A DNA stretch of 64,000 bases from Octopus sinensis (GCF_006345805.1 NC_043000.1:27280001-27344000); one strand, 5' to 3'. Counted from the first letter of the stretch, positions 1 through 12,785 are shown. The notes: generated from the sequence alone by a model not told the origin. Numbers and translations: made by a program.

Positions 1-486
1 ATGTATATTTTTATATACACTCACACGCGCGCACACACGCATATTATATATACATACACATACATATGTGTAGAAAATAAATAGATATATGGAGAGAGAA
101 ACTGAAAGACAAATAGTGAGAAGGAGAGAGAGAGAGGGGGAGAGTGAGAGTGAGAAGGAGAGAGTACATTCTGAAAGCAAAATGTCTCTAAGGATTAATG
201 TCTGAAGTAATCCATACTGTGTTAGTGTGAATGGCATGGTAGGGTGGGTGGTAAACGATGTATTCGATCTCTTCTAATAATTCAAATTTCCAACAATAAA
301 ATACATGAAAATAAATACATAAAAGAAAAAAAAAGCTAAAGTAAAGATCCAGTGAACATAATTTCAGCAATTGATAGTGAAATCTATGTAACGATGGATT
401 TGAAAGATTGCTTTAATCTCAGTCATTATATCCTCAGCAAATCACTATCGCTGTCAGGATTGTGGTCATTGCTGTTGTTGTTGTAA

Positions 487-521
487 TCATATAATGATGA
501 TCGTTTTCATCATCCTCGTCG

Positions 522-562
<41 letters not shown>

Positions 563-1075
563 GTCATCATCGTCACCACCGTCATCATCACCGTCATCAT
601 CATCATCACCATCACCATCATCATCATCATCATCATCATCGTCGTCCTTATCATCAACGTCTTCATCGTAGTTGTTTTCTCCCTTGTTGTTTTAGTCAAG
701 TTCGTCGTCGCCATCATCCTCATCAACATGATCATGACCATAATGATGATGATCATCATGATCATGATCATTGTCATCATCGTTGACAACATCAACATCA
801 CCACCTTCATCCTCCTCCTCCTCCTCCTCCTCCTCATGATCATCATCATTATCATCATCCCCATCATCATCCCTACCACCAGCGCCATCATCATCATTAT
901 CATCATCAACATCATTATCACCACCACCATTAACACCATGATCATCATCGTCGTCATCGTCATCATCATCATCATCATCATCCTCGTGGTTGTCATCGTT
1001 ATCGTCGTCGTCATTATTTTCGACACCCTCAGCATTATCATCAGCATCGTCATCAGCATGAACGTCAACATGAAA
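487..1075. repeat. (CAT/ATC)n-derived degenerate trinucleotide low-complexity tract
   Basis: Near-continuous CAT/CGT/CAC triplets; explains the poly-I, poly-M and poly-D ORFs in the track. Confidence 0.95.
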
Positions 1076-1716
1076 TGTCATAATTACCGCTGTCATCCAG
1101 CTTGATGTCTGTCCTCTGATCTTCAGAGATTTTAGTTAATAATCCGATTAAATAGTAAAACTGCTTATGAAATTAGTCTTGGACTCGCCAGATTCAAAGC
1201 AGCTGCGTTCCACTTTCTTAAATCGAACCTAGAGCTAATTTCGTTTTAAGAGAACATGGCTACAACAAACATTTTGATAAACTTGGTTTTAAAAACAATA
1301 TTTCCTACGAATGTATCTGATCTCCGCATCTGGGAGTAAAATATGCCTCGATTTTCACATAATATTCAATAAATGTATCTCTCAGAAAGCTAAATAGATG
1401 TTTGATGCGTAATGTATATTCAAAGAAATGTTGCGTCAGAAGAAATATAATGTAATTCCTATTTATTTCTGTAATTAGCTTAACACGAAGAACAAAGGGA
1501 AACGTTATCCAAAGCTTTTTAAGATGTATTAGTAAAGTAAGAATTATAAGCAGTTTCAAACGCACAATAGAAATGTTTTGTACTCTGTGTTATCCTTGTT
1601 AGATATTAGTTAACAAAACAATCTTCTAAACGTTCTCATCGACAAAATCTACAATATTTTCTTATTCTTACAGTGAGTATGCAGATCTTTTCAAACATGA
1701 TATAGTGTGTACTAAA

Positions 1717-2134
1717 TATTTCTTTATTGCCCACAAGGGGCTAAACATAGAAGGGACAAACGAGGACAGACAAAGGGATTAAGTCAACTACATCGATCCC
1801 AATGCGTAACAGGTACTTTATTCATCGTCCCCGAAAGGATGAAAGGCAAAGTCGACCTCGGCGGAATTTGAACTCAGAACGTAACGACAGACGAAATACC
1901 TATTTATTTACTACCCACAAGGGGCTAAACAAAGAGGGGACAAACAAGGACAGACAGACGGATTAAGTCGATTATATCGACCCCAGTGCGTAGCTGGTAC
2001 TTTTTTAATCAACCCCGAAAGGATGAAAGGCAAAGTCGACCTCGGCGGAATTTGAACTCAGAACGTAACGACAGACGAAATATCACTAAGCATTTCGCCC
2101 GGCGTGCTAACATTTCTGCCAGCTCGCCGCCTTT
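1717..2134 (-). mobile_element. tRNA-derived SINE family A, dimer (full copy plus head-truncated copy)
   Basis: Minus-strand head AAGGCGGCGAGCTGGCAGAAATGTTAGCAC with B-box-like GAGTTCAAATTCC; second unit restarts at GGTATTTCGTC (1900); TSD TATAG(T/C)GTGTACTA at 1701-1714 and 2134-2147. Confidence 0.85.
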
Positions 2135-2631
2135 ATAGCGTGTACTATATCCAAGAGATGTAACGTCTTTTCGAATCTAACAATCATTTACATATTGATT
2201 TAACATCATATGCCCCATATTCCATGAGATTATCGTTCGTTATCAATTATCCTCTGTCTTTCTATCTCTCTCATCTCTGAGTTATCACAAATATGCCTTC
2301 CGTAGAGTTAGATTTATAGAATATTTATTGTGTTGAGTCGGGCAGTAGTGACTCCTTCTTCGCGAGAAGTTCATGATATCAATGCCTTCAAACCATATCG
2401 TGTTATCAGAATATCCTCATCAATCTGCGCGCCTATGGTCTTCGTGTCAGTCATCTTTGTATTAAAAATTTAATTTTACAGCATTAAAACCACCTGCATA
2501 TTGGGTCCAAATCTTGTTGAAGAGGCCTGCAAAATTTTTGATGTGAACTCCTGTGTTCAAAGATGTTCTGTTGTATGTCTGAACGATAACTGCCAATAAC
2601 AAACAAAAACACTGATACAATTACACTTCAG

Positions 2632-2896
2632 CTAGAAAAATTTAAACATTTAAAAAATTAACTAATCGATTACTAGAAAAATTTAAACATTTACTTGAAA
2701 ACTATTATTACTAGAAAAAATTAAACATTTAAAAAATTAACTAATCGATTACTAGAAAAATTTAAACATTTACTTGAAAACTATTATTACTAGAAAAATT
2801 TAAACATTTAAAAAATTAACTAATCGATTACTAGAAAAATTTAAACATTTACTTGAAAACTATTATTACTAGAAAAATTTAAACATTTAAAAAATT
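2632..2896 (+). repeat. 79-bp higher-order minisatellite
   Basis: Constant CTAGAAAAATTTAAACATTTA at 2632, 2673, 2711, 2752, 2790, 2831, 2869, alternating with two fixed spacers. Confidence 0.95.
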
Positions 2897-3209
2897 CTTG
2901 ATTTTTAAAAATATTTTTTCAGTCAATTCATCAATCAACAAGGACCACTAATCAAACAAGTGAAAACTTAATTAGTTAAATGAACAAATAATAATACAAG
3001 AAGTAAAATAGAACCAATGCGTGTGTTTATTACGCATGAGACACTTTCGATCATTGAGGATTTATCTCGGGAGACGTTGGTACTACGAACAAAGCAGCCT
3101 AAACAGCATTCATCAGTAACCGGCAGAATATGAAACATGGTCACCAGAGCGTACTTTAGTTGTCTCTGCTGATCACATCTATACTACAATATCCTCTCTT
3201 TAACTGAAT

Positions 3210-3245
3210 TATATATACATACATTTATATACATACATGCATATA

Positions 3246-3331
<86 letters not shown>

Positions 3332-3627
3332 AGTGTCTGTCCTCTCTGTTTGTTTATTTAGTGATATATATATATATATATATGGTTTGAACTTTTTGGA
3401 CTGTTCTTTCTAGTATGTTAGGCAACCTGTTAAGGCTCACCTTTTTATGTATAATGTAAACTAATTTTTATATATGTATATATACACACACACAGATATA
3501 TGTATACGGCCATCCATCCATCCATATATATGTATTTATATATATATATATATAATATATATATATATATTATATATATATATACATATATATATACATA
3601 CATATATATATACATATATAACATATA

Positions 3628-3658
<31 letters not shown>

Positions 3659-3724
3659 ATACATATATATACACATACAATATTAATATACACTATATAT
3701 ACATATATATATATAATACATATA

Positions 3725-3758
<34 letters not shown>

Positions 3759-3780
3759 CATACATACATATAGATACAGT
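3210..3780. repeat. (TATC)n, (TA)n and (TACA)n microsatellite cluster
   Basis: Direct reading; (TATC)n at ~3246-3330. Confidence 0.95.
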
Positions 3781-3978
3781 GTACATTTAAGCACATAAGA
3801 GGGAGCAACCATAGGACTACCTACACGCTACAGAGGACAGCTTAAATGTACACTGTATTTATATGAATAATATAGTCTATTGACTAAATTTTTACACGCT
3901 AGACCACTGGTAAAGGAAATTTCTAATATTTCCGATTACCCTTTGATATTATTAATTATATATATATATATATATATT

Positions 3979-4017
<39 letters not shown>

Positions 4018-4824
4018 TGTGTGTGTGTGTGTGTGATACTACTCTCTTCTTGGAGAGATCTAGTGCGTATATTGCAAGATTCTGAAACTGAACATGAATC
4101 GGATTATTGGTCTCACCTGTCTTTGAAAATCTTGCGAATATCAAAGATAGTGATTCTTCCACTTCACCGGATCGGACGCGCGCCCGCACATAAACAACCC
4201 ACCCGCACACACATACACATACACACACACGGCTACACACACACTCTCAAACCCACACATACAAACGCACACACGTTACTAAATCTATAAGAGAGAAAGA
4301 TAGATATATAGATTTATTTGTAGACAGACAGACAGACAGACAACAGGCAGATACATATATAGATAGATAGTTACAGGGGACTGAGAGAGAGAGAGAGATG
4401 GAGGGAGAGAAGGAGGGAGAGAAGGAGGGAGAAAAAGAAAGGAAAGGGAGAGAGTGACCTTTCGATCGGTTACGTACTAAAGCTCAATAAGAAAGAACTT
4501 GATCACACAAAATATAGATACTTGGTGCTTATAGTAAACATGTAGGATGGCTCGAAGGCTAAAACTTGACTCTTACGAAATAAGAGTTGTAACATCTGGC
4601 CATACTGCAAGAATGCTCTTATGCACACATTATACACGCATGTATGTAAGCATCTGTTTTAATATCCATCCATCCATCTATCGATATATATATATATATA
4701 TATATATACTGTTGTGTCTGGGGAGAGTAATTTTCTTTTTGTGCCTTATAATGTAACATACTCACCGGTAAAATTTAAAAATTTTCGAGTAGACAGGTGT
4801 GAAATTCAAGAAATATACTAGAAC

Positions 4825-5230
4825 TTTTTTTACTCTTTTATTCTTGTACTTATTTCAGTCATTTGACAGTGGGCATGCTGGAGCACCGCCTTTAGTTGAG
4901 CAAATCGACCCCAGGACTTACTCTTTGTAAGCCTAGTACTTATGCTATCGGTCTCTTTTGCCAAACTGCTAAGTTACGGGGACACACCAGCATCGGTTGT
5001 GAAGCGATGTTAGGGACAAAAACAGACACAGAAACATACACACACTCACACATATACATACATACATATATATACGACGGGCTTCTTTCAGTTTCCGTCT
5101 ACCAAATCCACTCACAAGACTTTGGTCGGCCCGAGGCTATGGTAGAAGACACTTGCCCAAGGTGCCACGCATTGGGACTGAACCCGGAACCATGTACTTC
5201 GTAAGCAAGCTACTTACCACACAGCCACTC
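4825..5230 (-). mobile_element. tRNA-derived SINE family B, full length
   Basis: Head GAGTGGCTGTGTGGTAAGTAGC...GGGTTCAGTCCC, central microsatellite, tail AAAGGCGGTGCTCCAGCATG and AAAAGAGT-type repeats; homologous to 9046-9416 and 31359-31735. Confidence 0.85.
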
Positions 5231-5404
5231 ACTTCGCCTAGAAATTTACATTCTTTTTGAAGGTGTCCTTAAATTCTATCGGAAACGTTGGATTTTGGAG
5301 TCCCATAATTCCGCCTGTTCACTGTATTCTTCTTGTCGATTTCTGTACACATACCTACACACTCTCTTTCTCTCTGTCACACACACAATCACACACACAC
5401 ACAA

Positions 5405-5453
<49 letters not shown>

Positions 5454-5457
<4 letters not shown>

Positions 5458-6274
5458 TATATCCGTTTAAGATTGAAATTGACCTGCGTGCACCCGAAAA
5501 TATACCTAAGTAAACAATGATGACACCTATAGTACCCAATATCGCCAATACCACACACACACACACACACACAGATATATCCGTTTAAGTTTGAAATTGA
5601 CCTGCGTGCACCGAAATATACCCGATGATCAATTTAACAATGATGACACCGATAGTACACAATATAGCCAATACCATATAGATTCACACACACACCAACA
5701 CAAACACATACACACACACACACACACACAGATATATCCGTTCAAGTCTGAAATTGACCTGCGTGCACCCGAAAATATACCCGATGATCTAGTAAACAAT
5801 GACACTGATAGTACACTATATAGCCAATACAATACAGATTCACGCACACACACAGACACACACACATATATATCCGTTCAAGTCAGAAATTGACCTGCGT
5901 GCACCCGAAAATATACCCGATGATCTAGTAAACAATGACACTGATAGTACACTATATAGTCAATACCATACAGATTCACGCACACACACAGACACAGACA
6001 CACACACAGATATATCCGTTCAAGTCTGAAATTGACCTCGTGCACCCGAAAATATACCCGATGATCTAGTAAACAATGACACTGATAGTACACTATATCG
6101 CCAATACCATACAGATTCACGCACACACACAGACACAGACACACACACAGATATATCCGTTCAAGTCTGAAATTGACCTGCGTGCACCCGAAAATATACC
6201 CGATGATCTAGTAAACAATGACACTGATAGTACATTATATAGCCAATACCATACAGATTCACGCACACACACAG

Positions 6275-6305
<31 letters not shown>

Positions 6306-6548
6306 TATATCCGTTTAAGTTTGAAATTGACCTGCGTGCACCCGAAATATACCCGATGATCAATTTAACAATGATCACACCGATAGTACACAATATAGCC
6401 AATACCATACAGATTCACACACACACCAACACAAACACATACACACACACACACACACACAGATATATCCGTTTAAGTTTCAAAATTGACCTGCGTGCAC
6501 CCGAAAATATACCCAAGTAAACAGCGACACTGATAGGACACAGTACAC
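5454..6548 (+). repeat. Tandem repeat, 8 units of ~90-160 bp separated by (CA)n
   Basis: Unit core GATATATCCGTT(T/C)AAG...GAAATTGACCTGCGTGCACCCGAAA at ~5455, 5573, 5730, 5869, 6009, 6149, 6303, 6461. Confidence 0.95.
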
Positions 6549-6834
6549 TCAGTCCCATAAAGATATCTTCCTCCACTATTCCCTTCTGCAGTGGTGAAGG
6601 CGATACTGGAGTGTAGATTCACACATCATAAAATTTAAAACTCGTAATAAAGGTGACAAATATATTCATCAACGTTTCATCTTTGCGCCGTCGTTGCTCA
6701 AATTCAGTTACGCATTCACCATTAATATACGAAAGCAATAAAACAAATCAGATTAAGTGTAAAGTGAAACAATAGTCTCTTCATTCCAATTGTTATTTTA
6801 TCGCGATAATAACTTCACAATTCTTGTCGTAAAA

Positions 6835-6914
6835 TGCCGTCGTCATCGTTGTCAGCGTCGTCGATATCTTCATCATTGTCACCGGAGTTTTCATAATAGT
6901 CTTTCTCATCCTCC

Positions 6915-6946
<32 letters not shown>

Positions 6947-7151
6947 GCAGTCGTCATCATCATCATCATCATCATCATCATTGTCACCGGAGTTTTCTTA
7001 ATAGTCTTTCTCTCATACCTCCTCATCATCATCGTCATCGTCATCATCGCAGTCGTCATCATCATCATCATCATCATCATCATTGTCACCGGAGTTTTCA
7101 TAATAGTCTTTCTCATCCTCCTCATCGTCATCGTCATCGTCGCAGTCGTCG

Positions 7152-7194
<43 letters not shown>

Positions 7195-7378
7195 TGTCAC
7201 CGGAGTTTTCTTAAAGTCCCTTTCTCATCCCACCCATCCATCATCGCATCGTCATCGTCATCGTCGCAGTCGTCATCATCATCATCATCATCATCATCCA
7301 TCATCATCATCATTGTCACCGGAGTTTTCTTAATAGTCTTTCTCATCCTCCTCATCGTCATCGTCATCGTCGCAGTCG

Positions 7379-7409
<31 letters not shown>

Positions 7410-8016
7410 TGTCACCGGAGTTTTCTTAATAGTCTTTCTCATCCTCCTCATCGTCATCGTCATCGTCGCAGTCGTCATCATCATTATCATCATCATTATC
7501 ATCATCATCATCATCATCATCATCATCGTGGTCACCACCTTCGTCATTAGTGTCCTCCTCCACCACCTCTTTCTCCTCATCCTCCATCTTTATCATAATT
7601 ATTATCATCACGGTCCCAGTTATTTTCAATATGTCTCATTATCATCGTCGTCGTCATCGTCATCATCGACGACGTCATCGTCGGCGTCGTGGTCGTCGTC
7701 ATCGTCGGCGTCGTGGTCGTCGTCATCGTCGTCGACATCATCATCATCAATGCTATTATCACCATGACCATGGTCATGATGATCATCATAGCCATCATCA
7801 AATCCCTCATCACAGGCATTATCATCATCATCATCATTAACATCAGCATCAACATTATCATCTCATCTCCATTGTCTTCATCATTATCATCATCATCATC
7901 AATTTACCCAACCCCTTGATCATCATCATTATCAACATCAATGCTATAATCATCGTGATCATGATGATCATCAACATCATCATCATAGTCATCATCAAAT
8001 CACCCATCACAATCAT

Positions 8017-8067
<51 letters not shown>

Positions 8068-8190
8068 TTCATCATCATCATCAACATCATCATCAGCATC
8101 ATAGGTCGTCGTCATCGTCATGGTCATTATAATCAAGAACATTATCATGATCATCATAAACATCACCATCATCATTGTCATCATCAATAA
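6835..8190. repeat. (CAT)n-derived low-complexity tract with embedded ~100-bp higher-order repeat
   Basis: CATTGTCACCGGAGTTTTC marker at 6874, 6979, 7081, 7192, 7311, 7407. Confidence 0.9.
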
Positions 8191-8899
8191 GACTTCTCCC
8201 CCTCCCCCCGCGCTGCCAACGCGCATGTCCCCGCCGTGCACATCACTGCCACATTTCCTCTCAATATTTCTCTCCCTCCGTTGTATTTCTTATCTCCCTC
8301 CATATTTCTCGTCCTCTCTCTCTTCTCCTCTCCCTATTTCCTAGAAAGCCCTATATTCCCCTATTCCCCACCTCTCAACACTTAAATAATGTTCAATACA
8401 AACAAACAGGAGATAGACTTATCCAACCTAATTACTACGCCTACTGCAGTTCTCGTTCCTTATCAGCCATCATAACACCTCTTAGACGGGAAGCCAAACC
8501 TTGTAACACGCACAAGAACTAATTTATTCAGCTAAAGTGCTTTTCGCTGTCAAGTTGAAGCAATTGTTTGGAGAAGGTTCCTTTCCAAACGCATAAGTTT
8601 TCCTTTTGTTTTAGCACTAAGAGCAGATCTATTTACATTATTGAGAAGACATGTCGTTGAGAAGACATCGGCGGCTACACCGTAATATTTTCCTTTCTTT
8701 TGTTTCCAAAATAGTCCACTTTTTAAGAGCTTTACTAAGGATAATGTTCTGCTGATATATTTCAGCGAAATCATCAAATCAATTAAATGAGCAATTGTAG
8801 GGTGTCTTTTAGAAGTAACATATTTAGTTGTGTAGTTGATTTTTTTCCTATGTAGATAAACAGAGGTATATATATGTATTTGTGTTTTCATGTTTGGAT

Positions 8900-8959
<60 letters not shown>

Positions 8960-9005
8960 ATATATACATATATATTTATATATATATGTATATATATATA
9001 TATTA

Positions 9006-9045
<40 letters not shown>

Positions 9046-9047
<2 letters not shown>

Positions 9048-9416
9048 CTCTTTTACTCTTTACTCTTTTACTTGTTTCAGTCATTTGACTGCGGCCATGC
9101 TGGAGCACCGCCTTTAGTACTTATTCTATCGGTCTCTTTTTGCCGAACCGCTAAGTTACGGGGACGTAGACACACCAGCATCGGTTGTCAAGCAATGCTA
9201 GGGGGACAAACACAGACACACAAACACATACACACACATATATATATATACATATATACGACAGGCTTCTTTCAGTTTCCGTCTACCAAATCCACTCACA
9301 AGGCATTGGTCGGCCCGGGGCTATAGCAGAAGACACTTGCCCAAGATGCCACGCAGTGGGACTGAACCCGGAACCATGTGGTTGGTTAGCAAGCTACTTA
9401 CCACACAGCCACTCCT
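9046..9416 (-). mobile_element. SINE family B with internal deletion
   Basis: Same head and tail as 4825-5230; segment between CCTTTAGT and ACTTATTC is missing; flanked by (TA)n. Confidence 0.85.
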
Positions 9417-9459
9417 GTATATATATATATGTATATATATATATAAATATATGTATATA

Positions 9460-9557
<98 letters not shown>

Positions 9558-9568
9558 ATATATATATA

Positions 9569-12025
9569 TCCTTAAATCCTTAAAAATTGTTTTAGCCCGA
9601 AGGCCGCGGCCATGCTGGGGCACCACCTTTGAATGAGCTACACTAATATGTGAATCCACCTTTGATACGTGGCACTTGATCAACAAGGTAGTTCGACGCT
9701 GCTGCCCGCATCTGCGTCTTCTGTCGTGAGGTAGGTTCATCTGGGACTCCCGACAAGAAGAGATCCAGTTTGGTTTTAAAGAAACCCACATCTACACCAT
9801 GTAAGGTGTCTCTCGGGCATTTAGGGAGGATGTTAAAGAGCTGTGGTCCTCTGAAACCCAAGCTGTTGCAGTATCTGGACCTGTATTTTGATGGTGATGT
9901 TGGAATATTTGGCACCATGCAGTGGCGCCCCGTTCTGCGGTTGGGGTAACTTTGAATGCCATAGTATGGGACAAGACCCTCCAGGATTTTCCAGATGTAT
10001 ATCACCGCATATCTCTTCCGCCTCCGCTCTAGGGAGAAGATGTTTAATACCTTCAGTCTTTCCCAGTAGCTGATATTTTGCATTGAGACGATTTTCTTTG
10101 TATAGCTTGTCTGAATTGCTTCAAGTTCTGCTGTTAGTTTTATATTGTGTGGTGACCATAGTTGGGAGCAGTAGTCCAAGCGGCTGAGGACGAATGTTTT
10201 CCATAGGACCATCGGTGTCTCCTTCTCTCTTGTTCTGAAAGTTCGGAGAATCCATCCAGCTAGCCGTCTGTATTTTATCACCAGATTAGCAATATGCACT
10301 TGGAAAGATGCATCATTGCTCATGTCAATGCCTAGATCACGCACTGACTTTGCAATTCTTCCTGGGCCAGTGTATCCAGTCTGCACGTCGTTTGCCTTTG
10401 TGTGCCAGTAACGCAGGTCCTGGAACTTACCTGCATTAAACTGCATGTTGTTGTCCTCAGCCCACCTGTATATTGTGTTCAACTCCTGTTGCAGTTGCGC
10501 AATATTTTCAGGGTTTTGTATTGTGTGGGAGACTTTTGTGTCATCTGCATAGTTAGCAAGGGTGGTCATCGTAGCAACTGAAGGAATGTCTGAAAGTGCC
10601 ACTATGAACATCAGTGGCCCCAAGACAGTGCCCTGTGGGACACCGCTTGTTATTTGTGTTTCCTTGGAGGTGGCTCCATTGCTCATAACTGCCTGTTTTC
10701 TGTCTTTTAGGAAGTTGTGCAGCCACTCTCCAAGTTTTCCGCCTATGCCGAGACCACGCAGTTTGTGACAGATCATACCATGGTCGACTTTATGAAAGGC
10801 TTTTGCAAAGTCGAGATATATTACATCCACATTTGAGCCATTTAGTAGCTGTTTCAACACCCAGCCATAGTGTTGCAGGAGCTGTGTTAGGCAGCTTCTA
10901 CCTGGTCGAAATCCATGCTGGGTGTCAGACATTTTCTTCAAGGAACATGATTAGTTTCTTACGGACTATTCGTTCCATGACTTTGCTGATGTGTGAGGTC
11001 AGAGAGATAGGTCTATAATTTTTAGCATTGCTCTGCTACCTCCTTATGGATAGGGCATATTACCCCCTCTTTCAATTTGATTGGGAGCTTACCACTTGCA
11101 AGAAAGCTCTGAAAAAGAAGCTGTAGCGGTTTTGCAAGGGCTCGTTTGCACGATTTGAGAAGGATCGCTGGGAATCCATCAGGTCCAGCAGCTGCGTTTG
11201 TGTCAATCTTATGTATGGCTAGTGTGATATCATCATCTTCGATGTTGATGTACTCAATTTTTGTCTCTTTGACCGCAGGTAAAGTGGCAAAGAATTCTTC
11301 TGGGTTGTTTACTTGCCTGTGTCCTAGAGGTGTAGTGAACACACTTTGGAATTGTTCGTTCAGTATTTCACTTACCCTGTGAGAGAGCCATCTTTTTGGA
11401 AGAGAGGTCCTATTCTCTGGTGCACTGTGGCTGACTCTTTGGCAAACGTAAAGAAAGCTTTAGGGTTTGATTTTATATTTTCTATTACCCAAGCTTCTTT
11501 ATCTGCTCTCTCCTTTTCGTGGGACTGATGCAGACTTTTCTCAATTTCCATTAGCATTCTCTCGAACCGAAACTTCTCACCACTTTTGGTGTGCTTGCTC
11601 AGGCGGTTCGCAATCCTTGTCCGTTGTCTCATAAGAATCTTCCTTTCTCTAGGGATCCTGTTTTTGTTTTTGTGTGTGCTGGCCCTGCACACTGGGACAT
11701 ATTTGTCACATATGGCTTGTAATATGGACATGAATTGTTTGTGTTTCATGTTAATATCCGGTGTGGAGAGACATTTAGGCCAATCCTGTTTGAGGATCTC
11801 TTTCTCAATCAACTTCCAGTTTGCTTTATGAAAGTTTAAGTGTGTCTACGGGGGCTTTTGTTCCATTCATAGACAGCTCTATTATGTTGTGATCCGTGAT
11901 CATTGTCGGCATCACATTAACATTATGGATAATATCCATATTGTTTGTGAAGCAGAGATCCAGAATATTATATGCCCTTGTTGGTTGCAGAACTATTTGC
12001 TCCATGAAAGAGGCATTTGTGAGAA
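9569..12025 (-). mobile_element. 5'-truncated CR1-group LINE (end of APE endonuclease, RT, 3' tail), frameshifted
   Basis: APE C-terminal QIVLQPTRAYNILDLCFTN...TDHNII (~11880-12020); AAAGPDGFP; KNYRPISLTSHISKVMER; RT motifs in ORF 9643-10941; several frameshifts between the track ORFs. Confidence 0.95.
9643..10941 (-). pseudogene. Reverse transcriptase domain of the CR1-group LINE ORF2 (fragment)
   Basis: QHGFRPGRSC, YLDFAKAFHKVDH (D>H), SGVPQGTVLGP, YADD, RLDYCSQLWSP, YWERL..L.IFSLERRR. Confidence 0.93.
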
Positions 12026-12537
12026 TAATTTGTTTAGCGAATAATTTGTATTAATGTTTATCAAATTCTTTGTAGAAATTTAATCTGAATAAAGCTGTTT
12101 TGTAATGATTTTACGCAGTGAAGTTAATACACACACACACGCACACACACACACTTATACCTTCGAAAAGTGGAGTAGATGAAACAGGGACAACTGATGA
12201 AGGGAAATATTCTTTATGCTGCATGTCTCGTTTCTCTGTTGTTTTTCTTTTTCGTTGTTTGAAAAAAAGTTCGTTTTCTGTGTTTTTAGTTCAACGTTTT
12301 TTTTTTTGATGTCCTGTACTCTTACATGTATGTATGTATACATATATATGTAGGTATATACATATATGTATGTATATATGCATATATTTATATATTATTT
12401 ATTTATATATATATATATAATAATAAGAGTAAATAATTTCTATAAAGGCCTTTAAAAAAAACCCAATTATTTACTGGTAGAATTCGGTATGTAAATATAG
12501 CCGATTACCGGCAGGAACTTCTGTAAAGTTCAGTATA

Positions 12538-12688
12538 TATATTGTATATAAGAAAAAGGGACAGGCAAACAGGTTGCTTGACCGCATACCGAAAAAATAG
12601 AAATAAGCATTCTTGACTGCTATTTCTATTTTTTCGGTATGCGGTCAAGCAACCTGTTTGCCTGTCCCTTTTTCTTATATACAATATA
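12538..12688. repeat. Perfect 68-bp inverted repeat with 15-nt spacer
   Basis: 12538-12605 is the exact reverse complement of 12621-12688 by eye. Confidence 0.95.
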
Positions 12689-12710
12689 GATATATATATT
12701 ATATATATAT

Positions 12711-12782
<72 letters not shown>

Positions 12783-12785
12783 ATA

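Noticed and set aside
2494-2530. Fibrinogen-domain-like FNKIWTQYAGGF
   Set aside because: Spacing to the upstream Q is wrong and no downstream FReD motifs were found; kept only as an unassigned exon candidate.
2632-2896. CRISPR-like repeat-spacer look
   Set aside because: Only two spacers that alternate, AT-rich, eukaryotic context, no cas genes; it is a minisatellite.
5454-6548. CRISPR or repeat-protein gene
   Set aside because: Inter-unit sequence is (CA)n, and the frame shifts between units.
487-8241. Long poly-Met/Ile/Asp/His/Ser ORFs
   Set aside because: Translations of CAT-type trinucleotide tracts that are open in several frames on both strands; no coding complexity.
8550-8969. Kinase-like GKYYGVAADVFS in a 139-aa ORF
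   Set aside because: No APE, HRD or DFG motifs; the ORF start is (TA)n and a pLTR end.
12194-12230. CTGATGA followed by a weak stem
   Set aside because: No GAAA or stem III downstream; not a hammerhead as it stands.
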